DNA from: Brevundimonas sp.
GTDB taxonomy: Bacteria; Pseudomonadota; Alphaproteobacteria; Caulobacterales; Caulobacteraceae
Assembly (NCBI RefSeq): GCF_035999125.1
Contig: NZ_DASYGX010000005.1
Location: 46,159 to 110,158 of the forward strand
Direction of reading: 5' to 3'
Length of the DNA stretch: 64,000 bases
The translations under genes and the position numbers were made by a program. Shown in pieces: positions 9,275 to 18,346 of this stretch. Every line of letters starts with the position of its first letter. The stretch's first letter is position 1. The notes beneath the pieces are model-generated. The model saw only the letters and a list, made by a program, of their open reading frames with translations. It was not told the DNA's origin and did not search any database.

Positions 9275-9829
9275 TCAAGGGTTGCCCCGCGCCCGCCACT
9301 GGTCCCGCGTCTGGCCCCACTTGTCGACCGGCGCGTCCTGAAACGGCGGCGGCAGCTGCGTCGGGCCCAGGTTGGTGGAGCCCAGCCGTTCCGCCAGCCG
9401 CTGCGACGGCACATTGTCCGGATCGATGCAGTGGATGACCTCGGTCCAGCCCAGCACGTCGAAGGCGTAGTCGAGCGCCGCCGTCGCCGCCTCGACGCCG
9501 TATCCCTTCCCTTGCGCGTCGGGATGCAGGCCCCAGCCGACCTCGGTCCCCGGCCAGCCCAGCGGGGTCCAGGGTCCGATCCGGCCGACCCAAAGGCCTG
9601 AGGACTTCTCGATCAGGCTGAACATCGCCACGCCGGTGGTCGCCCAGGCGCCGGCCATGGTCATGAAGCCGCGCCACGCCGTCTCGGCCGGCTGGACCCC
9701 GCCGATGAAGCGCGCCGCTTCCGGATCCGACATCATCTCCGCCCAGCGCGGGAAGTCGGCCATCGCCGTCGGACGCAGGATCAGGCGCTCCGTCTCCAGC
9801 GTCGGCCCGGGCGCGGTCCCGTCGGTCAC
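9275..9829 (-). CDS. GNAT family N-acetyltransferase (RimJ/RimL-like)
   Basis: 184 aa. LETERLILRP near the N-terminus and GKGYGVEAATAALDYAF are typical of the RimJ/RimL-type Acetyltransf_3 group. Confidence 0.8.
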   Translation of the reverse strand: MTDGTAPGPTLETERLILRPTAMADFPRWAEMMSDPEAARFIGGVQPAETAWRGFMTMAGAWATTGVAMFSLIEKSSGLWVGRIGPWTPLGWPGTEVGWGLHPDAQGKGYGVEAATAALDYAFDVLGWTEVIHCIDPDNVPSQRLAERLGSTNLGPTQLPPPFQDAPVDKWGQTRDQWRARGNP

Positions 9830-10365
9830 AGCAGATACTCCCGTTCCAGCTCATAGTGGCTGCCGTCGTGGGTCAGGACGCTGGAATACAGCCCGAACCG
9901 GTCGACCCGCGCGGGCGGCGAGGCCAGAAGGTTGTGGTTGGTGATCCAGGCGCCGATGCGGGCCGGATCCGCCTGCGGCTTCAGATAGGCCAGGGTGACG
10001 TGCGGCCTGTAGGCGCGAGTTTCCAGCTTCAGCCCCGCCCGCTCGCCCGCCGCGCGGCAGCGCCCGGCCAGGACGTTCAGCTGCTCGTTGGCCGCGACCC
10101 CGGCCCAGATCGCGTGGGTCCGGTGGCCCTCGCCGAAGGCGCCGACGCCGCCGAGGACCAGCTCGAACGGGCCGCCGGTCGCGGCGCGCTCCAGTTCGGC
10201 CGCCAGATCGTCGGCCGACCGCTCGCCGACCTCGCCGTAGAAGGCCAGGGTCACGTGCAGGGCCTCTACCGGCCGCCAGCGCGCGCCGGGCAGGCCGGTC
10301 TGACGCCGCGTCAGCGGTTCGGCCAGGTCGAAGGGAAGGGCCAGGGCGGCGAACAGCCGGATCAT
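9826..10365 (-). CDS. thpR: RNA 2',3'-cyclic phosphodiesterase (2H phosphoesterase, ThpR/LigT)
   Basis: 179 aa starting MIRLFAALALP, with two HxT/S motifs (HVTLAF and HVTLAY) defining the 2H superfamily. The ORF-track ORF reaching 11280 is an upstream read-through artefact. Confidence 0.85.
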   Translation of the reverse strand: MIRLFAALALPFDLAEPLTRRQTGLPGARWRPVEALHVTLAFYGEVGERSADDLAAELERAATGGPFELVLGGVGAFGEGHRTHAIWAGVAANEQLNVLAGRCRAAGERAGLKLETRAYRPHVTLAYLKPQADPARIGAWITNHNLLASPPARVDRFGLYSSVLTHDGSHYELEREYLL

Positions 10366-10491
10366 GCGGCCTTTCGTAGCGCCCGGATCGCCGGCCCCCA
10401 AGTCCGGTTTTCCTTGCGTCAGCCCCGGCCGGCCACGATATTCACAACCGAACCCGGAGCCTCCGGGGAGTTTTGGGAGATCGAACTCGCG

Positions 10492-11238
10492 ATGAGCGAC
10501 TTCAACAACGGATACGCCCGCCCGCTGCCGCGCACGGCCGACATGTCCGTCGACGCCGGCCTGCGCGCCTTCATGCTGGGCGTCTACAACAAGCTGGCGC
10601 TGGGCCTCGTGGTCGCCGGCGCCTTGGCGTGGGTCACCGGCAACTACGAGCCGGTGCAGCAGCTGTTCTTCGCCCGCATGCCCGACGGCCGGATCGGCCT
10701 GACGGTTCTGGGCATGGTGGTGCAGTTCGCCCCGCTGGTCCTGCTGTTCGGCTCCATGTTCTTCATGAAGAACCCGTCCGCGCGCGGCGTGAATCTGCTG
10801 TACTGGGCCGTGGTCGCCTCGATCGGCGCCGGCATGGGCCTGCTGTTCCTGCGCTACACCGACGCCTCGATCGCCTCGACCTTCTTCGTCACGGCGGCGG
10901 CGTTCGGTGGTCTGAGCCTGTTCGGCTACACCACCAAGCGCGACCTCTCGCCGATCGGAACCTTCCTGATCATGGCCGTGATCGGCCTGATCATCGCCTC
11001 GGTGGTGAACATGTTCCTCGGCTCGGCCACCCTGTACTGGATCATCTCCGCCGCCGGCGTGCTGATCTTCTCGGGCCTGATCGCCTACGACACCCAGCGC
11101 TTGAAGATGACCTACTACGCCCTGGGCGGAAACCAGGCGGCCATGGCCGTGGCCACCGGCTTCGGCGCCCTGGCCCTGTTCATCAACTTCGTGAACCTGT
11201 TCCAGTTTCTGCTCGCCTTCATGGGCAACCGGGAATAG
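10492..11238 (+). CDS. Bax inhibitor-1/YccA family membrane protein
   Basis: Starts MSDFNNGYARP..., then LRAFMLGVYNKLALGL and seven hydrophobic segments. The C-terminal FINFVNLFQFLL is typical of BI-1/YccA. Confidence 0.88.
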   Translation: MSDFNNGYARPLPRTADMSVDAGLRAFMLGVYNKLALGLVVAGALAWVTGNYEPVQQLFFARMPDGRIGLTVLGMVVQFAPLVLLFGSMFFMKNPSARGVNLLYWAVVASIGAGMGLLFLRYTDASIASTFFVTAAAFGGLSLFGYTTKRDLSPIGTFLIMAVIGLIIASVVNMFLGSATLYWIISAAGVLIFSGLIAYDTQRLKMTYYALGGNQAAMAVATGFGALALFINFVNLFQFLLAFMGNRE

Positions 11239-11358
11239 GTCGCGGACCGCCCTCGAGCGGCGAGGCCTCACGGGCCGCACGTCGGGGCGAAAGTTGCGAA
11301 GAACCCCCTTGCGGGGCGTGTGGCGGGTCCGCTATACGCCCCGCTCTCGACTGAGAGC

Positions 11359-11433
11359 GCGGGCGTAGCTCAGGGGTAGAGCATCACCTTGCCAAGGTGA
11401 GGGTCGGGCGTTCGAATCGCCTCGCCCGCTCCA
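11359..11433 (+). tRNA. tRNA-Gly (anticodon GCC)
   Basis: gcgggcgtagctcaggggtagagcatcaccttgccaaggtgagggtcgggcgttcgaatcgcctcgcccgctcca. The 7-bp acceptor stem gcgggcg/cgcccgc pairs. D-loop agctcaggggtaga, anticodon loop cttGCCaa, T-loop ggttcgaatc-like, encoded CCA. Confidence 0.92.
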
Positions 11434-11492
11434 GTCGAAGCATTCCGGCGCGCTACCGCTCACCACGCGGTCGCTCGCTTCTTGAGCGCAAG

Positions 11493-11526
11493 AAGGCTCC
11501 GCTCCGGCGGGGCCTTTCTTGTTTTC
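11493..11526 (+). terminator. Rho-independent terminator downstream of tRNA-Gly
   Basis: aaggctccgc-tccg-gcggggcctt hairpin followed by tcttgttttc. Confidence 0.6.
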
Positions 11527-11572
11527 GCCCCCGGCTTGCGCCAGCCTCGATCCACGGGGACGGGAGGCGGAC

Positions 11573-12253
11573 ATGGATCATTCCGACGCGGTCGAGCGCG
11601 AGGCGGGCAGGAGGCTGGACGCCTTCGTGGACGCGGCCTTCGCCTTCGCCGTCACTCTGCTGATCATCGCCGGGGCCGAGCCGCTGACGTCGTTCGCGGA
11701 CCTGGGGCGGGCGCTGTCGCACGTGCCGGCCTTCGCCGCCGGCTTCGCCCTGGTGACGATGTTCTGGGCGTCGCATCGCGGCTTCGGTCGGTTGACGTCC
11801 CAGCGCGGCGGAGCGATCGGCCTGATCAGCCTGGCCATCGTCTTCACCGTTCTGGTCTACGTCTTCCCGCTGCGCCTGCTGACCGAGACGGGCATGGGCT
11901 GGATCTCCGGCGGACGCTTGCCGGGGGGCGAGCTGATCCGGTCGATCGGCGACCTTCGCGGCATCTTCGTCTCCTACGGAGTCGGGTTCGCCTTTCTGAG
12001 CGGGCTGTTCGTCCTGCTGAACCACGTGGGCAGGCCGCACGCCCACGACGCAGCGGCCCGCGGCGCTCTGAGCGCGGCGCGAGACATCTGGATCCTGTGC
12101 GTGGCGGCGGGGCTGGTCTCGGCCGGGCTGGCGGCCTCGCCCCTGCTGGTCGCGGCGCCCTGGGCGCCCGGCTTCGCCTACTGGCTGATCCCGGCCGGCA
12201 TCGGTCTGTATTACGGCCTGAGGCGCAGGTCGTCGCCCGAGGTCTCCGCCTAA
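11573..12253 (+). CDS. DUF1211/TMEM175-like membrane protein (putative K+ channel family)
   Basis: Starts MDHSDAVEREAGRRLDAFVDAAFAFAVTLLII. The RLxxFxDxxFAxAxTLL signature and about six TM segments fit the TMEM175/DUF1211 family. Confidence 0.65.
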   Translation: MDHSDAVEREAGRRLDAFVDAAFAFAVTLLIIAGAEPLTSFADLGRALSHVPAFAAGFALVTMFWASHRGFGRLTSQRGGAIGLISLAIVFTVLVYVFPLRLLTETGMGWISGGRLPGGELIRSIGDLRGIFVSYGVGFAFLSGLFVLLNHVGRPHAHDAAARGALSAARDIWILCVAAGLVSAGLAASPLLVAAPWAPGFAYWLIPAGIGLYYGLRRRSSPEVSA

Positions 12254-13302
12254 AGACCCATCGCCGTCTTCACGTCGCGCCAATCGACGTATTTGAAGTT
12301 CTGCGCGCCGCCCGGGTTCACGTCGTCCTGGACCACGATCAGCCCCTGCGGGAAGGCGTCGCCGACCGGGCCTCCCAAGGCATCCAGGCCGTCGGTGCCC
12401 GTCACCCCGTCCACGACGCCGTCGTGCACGGCGAAGCGGCCGACCCATGCCGGGCCGTTCGCCTCCAGCCGCCAGACCGCGAAGCCGCTGTCGCCCTGGC
12501 TGGACGCGATCAGGTACCGGGTCGCGCCGTCGACCAGGATCGTCGCGCCCTCGACGTCGGCGGTCAGGCGGTCGCCGTCGATCGCCTGCACCTGGGTGCG
12601 CGAATCGCCGGAGGCCGGGTCGAAACCATAGCGCCAGACGCCGACCAGCTCCTCGTTGACGAACAGGGAGCCGGACGGCTCATCCACCACGCACCCTTCG
12701 GAGATCGAGCCGACCTGGAATCGGCGGACCACCCGCATGGCCGGATTCCCGTCGGCCCCGGCCGTGATCACCGACTGCACCACCTCACCGTCCTTGGAGA
12801 CCAGGATCGCGTGGGTCTGGCCGTTCAGCCGGCCGAAGCAGAAGCCGTAGGGCTCGGTCACGTCATAGGGCACGACGCCCCAAGGCCGTACCGACGCATC
12901 GCCGGGCCCATAGAGATAGAAGGACACGCCCATCCGGCCCGGGCCCCGGTCGCTGGCGCCGATCAGGACGTGCGGACGCCCCCCGACAGAAAAGCCTTCG
13001 ATCAGATCGACGTTGTTCAGAAGGCCGTCGGGCAGGAACTGCATCACCTGTCCGTCCAGGCCGTAAACATAGAGCCCGGCCTTCTTGTCGGTGCCCAGCA
13101 CGAACCCCTTCGACGTGACCTCGCCGATCGTCACCGGCGCGCTGGAGGCCCAGATCGCCGGATCGTCGGCGGCGTCGGCGTTGTCCGTGCCGACGGCGGG
13201 CGTTTCCAGGCGGGCCTGAACCGGCGCTCCGGGGCCCGGAACCTCGACGGTCGAACAGGCGGCCAGCAGGGCGGCGGCGGCGGTCAGGACGGACAGGCGC
13301 AT
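12250..13302 (-). CDS. Beta-propeller phytase (3-phytase), lipoprotein-type signal
   Basis: MRLSVLTAAAALLAAC signal/lipobox, then DDPAIWA...GTDKKAGLYVYGLDG, which is characteristic of beta-propeller phytases. Repeated blade-like segments follow. Confidence 0.8.
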   Translation of the reverse strand: MRLSVLTAAAALLAACSTVEVPGPGAPVQARLETPAVGTDNADAADDPAIWASSAPVTIGEVTSKGFVLGTDKKAGLYVYGLDGQVMQFLPDGLLNNVDLIEGFSVGGRPHVLIGASDRGPGRMGVSFYLYGPGDASVRPWGVVPYDVTEPYGFCFGRLNGQTHAILVSKDGEVVQSVITAGADGNPAMRVVRRFQVGSISEGCVVDEPSGSLFVNEELVGVWRYGFDPASGDSRTQVQAIDGDRLTADVEGATILVDGATRYLIASSQGDSGFAVWRLEANGPAWVGRFAVHDGVVDGVTGTDGLDALGGPVGDAFPQGLIVVQDDVNPGGAQNFKYVDWRDVKTAMGL

Positions 13303-13512
13303 GGTGATTTCCCCCAGGTGACGCCGCGGCGGTCGCATCCGCGCCGCGCCGGGTCAAGGGCATGAGCGCGGCTTGGCGGCAACGTCACAAAACGGAGATC
13401 GGCGCGCGACGAGGGCGTCATGCAACCTTCGCCATAACGTCGTGATGCCCACCTAACGACCGGCGGTCAGGTCCGAGGCGGAACGTCGCCCGGCCATCGG
13501 GGAAGCACATCC

Positions 13513-15779
13513 ATGCGCATCAAGCTGTTCATGGGCGCCGCGCTCGCGCCGCTCGCCATCGCCACGGCCGTCCAGGCCCAGGAAGCCCAGGGCCCGGTCA
13601 CCGCCGTCGAGGACGTCATCGTCACCGGTCGCCCCGTGCTCCGGAACCGGACGGACGACACCGCGCCGACGCTGTCCTACGATCGCGAGTATTTCCAGCG
13701 GTTCGAGCCCCTGACCGTCGGCGACGCCCTGAAGCGCGTGCCGTCCGTCACCTTCCTGTCCGACGTTCTGGAATCCGACGGCGCGCGCCTGCGCGGCCTG
13801 GATCCGGGCTACACCAAGATCCTGATCGACGGCGAGGAAGTGCCCGGCGCCGGCGTCGACCGCTCCTTCTTCGTGGACCGCATCCCCGCCGAACTGATCG
13901 AGCGGGTCGAGGTGGTGCGCTCGTCCTCGGCCAACCGGTCGGGCGACGCGGTCGCGGGCACGGTCAACATCGTTCTGCGCGACGCCCTGTCTCTGGACGG
14001 CGGCTATGTGCGTCTGGGCGCCATCATGTTCCCGGACAGCGAGTACGGCGAATGGGGCGGCACCTATGGGCGGTCTGGGGCGGACAGGCCCTGGGCGGCC
14101 GCCTGCTTCTGGGCGCCAACGTCCAGGACCGCCGCAACCCCAAGGACAAGTACTCGATCCGCTATGACGAACCGGGCGGCACGATCCAGAACACCGAGGT
14201 GCAGACCGACGTGCGCGACGGCACCGACTACGCCTTCAATGCGTCCTACGCCGCGGACGTGGCCGGCGGCGAGTTCGAACTGGCCGGCGTCTTCGTGCGC
14301 ACCGACCGGTATCAGGACGAAGACTCGATCGAATACCGCGGCGGGATCGAGACCAACGCCAACCTGCTGACCATCAACGACAACGACCTGGACATCCGCA
14401 CCGACAACCTGTCGCTCCGCACCGGCTATGAGCGCGACATGCTGGGCGGCGAGACCGAGTTCAAGCTGGCCTATGCGTCGATCAGCGACGAGCAGTACGA
14501 GTTCGAGGGCGAGTCCGAATATCTGCGCGACGCCATCATCTTCCCGGACGAGGACCGCTACACCCTCGACTCGACCACCGTCGACATCCAGGACGAGGAG
14601 TGGAAGGCCGCGATCGAGCACGAGATCGATCTGTCCGACGGCATGGAGCTGGAGTTCGGCCTGCAGGGCAACTGGAAGACCCGCGACGCCCTCGTCACCG
14701 AGACGCCGCGCATCCGTTTCAACGTGCCGAACGCTCCCGCCCCGCGCCCGGCCGTGCCGGCCTTCGGGCCCTCGACCCCCGTTCCCGGCGGCGACGTGAC
14801 GATCGAGGAGAACCGCCTCGACCCTTACGTCATGCTGTCCGGCGAGAACGGCGCCCTGACCTGGGAAGCCGGTCTGCGCTATGAGACGACCGACCTGACC
14901 ATCACCGACCGCACGGCCGCTCCGGCCGATCAGGTCAACGAGAGCGACGAGGCGGAACTGCTGCCGTCGGCCAGCTTCCGCTGGGCGCTGAACGAGAACG
15001 ACCGCATCATCTTCTCGGCCGCCCGCACCGTGCGCCGCCCCAGCTTCAACCGCCTGTCCCCGGCGGTCTTGGAGGAAGAGTTCGGCGACAGCGACTTCGT
15101 CGGCAACCCGGACCTGAAGGCTGAAATCTCGACCGGCTTCGACCTGGGCTTCGAGCGTCGCCTGGGCCGTCGCGGCGTCGCCGGCATCAACGTCTTCTAC
15201 CGCGACATCCAGGACCTGGTGGAAGAGACCAACACGGGCGTGACCGGATCGGGCGGCGCGGGCACATTCGTCTACACCGTCGACAACGTCGGCGACGGCA
15301 AGGTCTACGGCGTCGAGTTCGACCTCTCGACCCCGCTGGACTTCATCGGTCTGGAATCGACCGGCGTGTTCCTGAACTACTCCTGGCTGGACTCCGAAAT
15401 CACCGATTTCATCGGCGAGCGTCGCTTCAACAGCCAGTCCGACTACGTCTACAGCGTCGGCTTCACCCAGGATCTGCCGACCTGGGGCGCGGCCTTCGGC
15501 GCCAGCTATCGCAAGCAGGGCGACGCCTTCAGCCGCGTGCTGGCCGAGGAAGTCACCACCTCCTACGGCGCCGATCTGGAAATCTTCGTCGAGAAGCAGT
15601 TCGGCTCCAACGTCGTGGTCCGTCTGACCGGTTCGAACCTGCTGGACTCCTCCAAGGACGAGACGTTCGACAAGTTCGAGAACGTCGCCGACCAGATCTC
15701 CCGCGACTACGACGAGTACGAGATCGAAACCGAGGAAGCCGGACCGGTGTACCAACTGGTGATGCGTCTCGCGTTCTGA
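13513..15779 (+). pseudogene. TonB-dependent receptor interrupted by a frameshift near 14060-14075
   Basis: Frame 1 (13513 onward) encodes a signal peptide and plug domain (VIVTG..., DALKRVPSVTF, RGLDPGYTKILIDGEEVPG, IERVEVVRSSSA). After ...EYGEWGGTYG it degenerates into Arg/Pro/Thr-rich junk. The barrel continues in frame 3 (...WGGQALGGRLLLGANVQDRRNPKDK...) to a terminal aromatic ...VYQLVMRLAF at 15779. Confidence 0.7.
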
Positions 15780-15810
15780 GCCTGATCCGGGGCGACCCGA
15801 GAGCGTCGAG

Positions 15811-15844
15811 GGGGCCGGGCGGCGACGTCCGGCCCCTTCTTCGT
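15811..15844 (+). terminator. Rho-independent terminator after the TonB-dependent receptor
   Basis: ggggccgg-gcggcgacgt-ccggcccc hairpin followed by ttcttcgt. Confidence 0.6.
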
Positions 15845-15978
15845 GTCGAAACGAGACGGCGACGCTGGACCGCGCCGCGGCCCCGTTCTAGTCGCCTTGG
15901 GGGCGAGCGGTTCGCCTCTTGCAAGAAGCCCGAGGGGCGCCGCCGGGCGCCTCATTTCGGGATGGAGCGCGCGACGTC

Positions 15979-17715
15979 ATGGTCATGGAAGGTCAGATCG
16001 ACTGGACCCTGGTCTTCGCCGTGCTGGCGGTGGCCGGTCACGTCGTGGCGCTTCTGGCCTGGATCTGGGCCCTGACCCGAAAGACGCGGACGGAGGCGAC
16101 CGGCGGGGCGCTGGACGCCGCCGTGCGCCGCGCCGAAACGGCCGAGACGCGCCTGCTCGAAATCCTGAACGCCATTCCCGTGGCCCTGGTCGAGACCGAC
16201 AAACAGGGCAAGTTCGTCTTCGCCAACCGCGCCGCGCATCAGCTGCTGGGCCGGCGCGACGCCGAACTGCTGGGCCTGCGCTTCCACTCGGCCACCTGGG
16301 GCATCACCTATCCCGACGGTCGGCCCATTCCACCCGACCTGCTGCCCAGCGCGCGGGCCCTGCGCGGCCAGACGGTCAAGGGGTTCCAGCACCTGCTGGC
16401 CAACCCGGCCACCCGCCGCAAGATGCTGGTCTCGGTCACGGCCATGCCGATCGAGACGGGGACGGGCGAGATCATCGGCTCCACCGCCGCCATCGTCGAA
16501 ACCGACGGCCTGACCCAGCCGGTCATGGAGCCGGAGGCGCCCGTCGCCGCCGAGGCGTCCGCGTCCGACGGCCTGGTCCGTCGCGTGTTCGACTCCGCCT
16601 CCAGCGCCCTGGTGGTCCTCGACCCGGATGGGCGGGTGCGCGAGGCCAATCCGGTGGCGCGGTCGCTGAGCGGACGCGAGGACCTGATCCTGGGCGGCGA
16701 CTTCGCCGACCTGTTCCTGGGCGAAGACGAGCGCGTTGAGGCGCGGCAGACGCTGCGCGCCGCCCTGGCCGCCCCGGCCGGCGAGGCGGAGCCGCTGGAC
16801 GTCCGTTCCGGCCGAACCGCCGGCACGCGCTGGCGCCTGCTGCCCCTGATGTCCGACGACGGCGCCGTGGAGGCCCTGCTGGCCGCGGGTGAACGCGCCG
16901 GACCTGACGCCGACGCGTCGGTCGAACCGGTCCCGTCCGAGCCCGTCGAGGATCTGCGCCCCGAACTGGACGCCCTGCGCGCCCGCGTCGAGACGGCCGA
17001 GGCCGACTCCGCCCGCGCGCGCGCCGAGGCCCAGGCCGAGCTGGAGGCCGCGCGCCGGCTGGAGGGCGTCGGACGCCTGACCGGCGGCGTCAGCCAGGAT
17101 TTCCACGCCCTGCTGGGCGTCATGACCAGCGCGCTGGACATGATGGTCCGTCAGGCCGACGAGCCCGAGCGCGTGCGTCGCCTCGGCCGCGCCGCCCTGG
17201 CCGCCGGCCAGCGGGGCGAGGCCCTGACCCGCCGCCTTGCCGCCTTCGCCGAGGGCGACGACGCCATGCCGGTGCAGATGATCGATCTCGGCGCGGTGGT
17301 TCGCGGACTGGAGGGCAAGCTGCGTCTGGTCGCGGGTCCGACCGTGGACCTGATGGTCGAGGCGCCGGCCGATCCCCTGGTCGCGCGCGTCGATCCGGTC
17401 GCGCTGGAAGGCGCGCTGGCCGCCCTGGTCACCAACGCCGCCCAGGCCACGGGCGGCGCGGGATCCGTCGCCGTGCGCCTGTCGCGCGAGGACGACGCGA
17501 CCGTGCGCCTGACCGTCCGCGACGACGGGCCGGGCATGGAGGCCGACGTCGCCCGCCGCGCGGTCGAACCCTTCTTCACCACGCGCGAGGGCGCGGCCGG
17601 TCTGGGCCTGTCCCAGGCGCACGCCTTCGCCCGCCAGTCGGGCGGCGCCTTGGCCGTCGAAACCGCGCCGGGCGCCGGAACCGCCGTGACGCTGGACCTG
17701 CCCGTCGCCGGCTGA
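15979..17715 (+). CDS. PAS-domain sensor histidine kinase with a non-canonical H-box
   Basis: One TM segment (IDWTLVFAVLAVAGHVVALLAWIWAL), PAS-like regions, and a coiled-coil linker. The DHp region reads GRLTGGVSQDFHALLGVM. The catalytic domain has LVTNAAQA, RDDGPGM, EPFFTT and GLGLSQ. Start chosen at MVMEGQ (15979). Confidence 0.8.
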   Translation: MVMEGQIDWTLVFAVLAVAGHVVALLAWIWALTRKTRTEATGGALDAAVRRAETAETRLLEILNAIPVALVETDKQGKFVFANRAAHQLLGRRDAELLGLRFHSATWGITYPDGRPIPPDLLPSARALRGQTVKGFQHLLANPATRRKMLVSVTAMPIETGTGEIIGSTAAIVETDGLTQPVMEPEAPVAAEASASDGLVRRVFDSASSALVVLDPDGRVREANPVARSLSGREDLILGGDFADLFLGEDERVEARQTLRAALAAPAGEAEPLDVRSGRTAGTRWRLLPLMSDDGAVEALLAAGERAGPDADASVEPVPSEPVEDLRPELDALRARVETAEADSARARAEAQAELEAARRLEGVGRLTGGVSQDFHALLGVMTSALDMMVRQADEPERVRRLGRAALAAGQRGEALTRRLAAFAEGDDAMPVQMIDLGAVVRGLEGKLRLVAGPTVDLMVEAPADPLVARVDPVALEGALAALVTNAAQATGGAGSVAVRLSREDDATVRLTVRDDGPGMEADVARRAVEPFFTTREGAAGLGLSQAHAFARQSGGALAVETAPGAGTAVTLDLPVAG

Positions 17716-17776
17716 CGGACTTTGCGGGCGCGGCGCTTTTGAGGTTTGATCGTCCCGAAACGGGAAAGGCGACGCC

Positions 17777-18271
17777 ATGAGGCTTCTTCGGGTGGTTCTG
17801 CTGCTGGCCGTGCTGGCCTATGCGGGCTGGCTGGCCTGGCCCTTCGTCTCGCCGCTGCTGGAGGGCGCCGATCCTGGCGCGGCCCTGACCCGCGTGGGGG
17901 CCGAGATGGGTTCCGGCGGGTTGATGACCGGCGCCCTGTGGCTGGGCGCGGTGGCTCTGTACCTGATCGCGGCGGCGATGCTGGGTTCGGGCAACCCGCG
18001 CGCAGCGGTGGCCTATTTCCTGGGATTCCTCGCCGACGCCGCCCTGCGTCTGGCGATCGAGCGCGGGCGGGGCGGCGCGGCGTCGAGCCGATCCGCCGAT
18101 TCCTTCGCCAAGGATGCCGGGCCGATGTCCGTGCCGATCGACGCAGGCGCTTCCGCGGGCATCGATCCGCTATGGCTGCTGCTGGGCGGGCTGGTCGTGC
18201 TGGGCGTGCTGATCGTCGTCGCCACGCGGCGGCGTCGACGGGCGCGCACGCCGGGGCAACTGGCCATCTGA
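17777..18271 (+). CDS. Hypothetical membrane protein
   Basis: 164 aa with 3-4 hydrophobic segments and a C-terminal RRRRRAR stop-transfer. High GC3. No family recognised. Confidence 0.5.
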   Translation: MRLLRVVLLLAVLAYAGWLAWPFVSPLLEGADPGAALTRVGAEMGSGGLMTGALWLGAVALYLIAAAMLGSGNPRAAVAYFLGFLADAALRLAIERGRGGAASSRSADSFAKDAGPMSVPIDAGASAGIDPLWLLLGGLVVLGVLIVVATRRRRRARTPGQLAI

Positions 18272-18346
18272 GGCCGTCGCGCGGTTGATTCCGCGCTGCC
18301 GATGGTTAGGTTCCGCGCGCGCGCTCTCCCGCCGTTCGAGGATACC

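Noticed and set aside
9826-11280. 484-aa minus-strand ORF and the 460-aa plus-strand ORF at 9856-11238
   Set aside because: Each contains one real gene at one end (thpR at 9826-10365; the BI-1 family gene at 10492-11238). The extensions are mutually antisense junk.
11359-12253. tRNA-Gly as a possible integration site for a genomic island
   Set aside because: No integrase is present. I could not find a direct repeat of the tRNA 3' end downstream. The next genes have normal composition.
11482-13365. 627-aa plus-strand ORF over the DUF1211 and phytase region
   Set aside because: It is out of frame with the DUF1211-like gene and antisense to the phytase. The sequence is low complexity.
13303-13512. 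Pho box in the phytase/TonB-receptor divergent promoter region
   Set aside because: Several cgtca-containing motifs are present (near 13381, 13415 and 13437). None forms a convincing pair of TGTCA-type half sites at 11-bp spacing.
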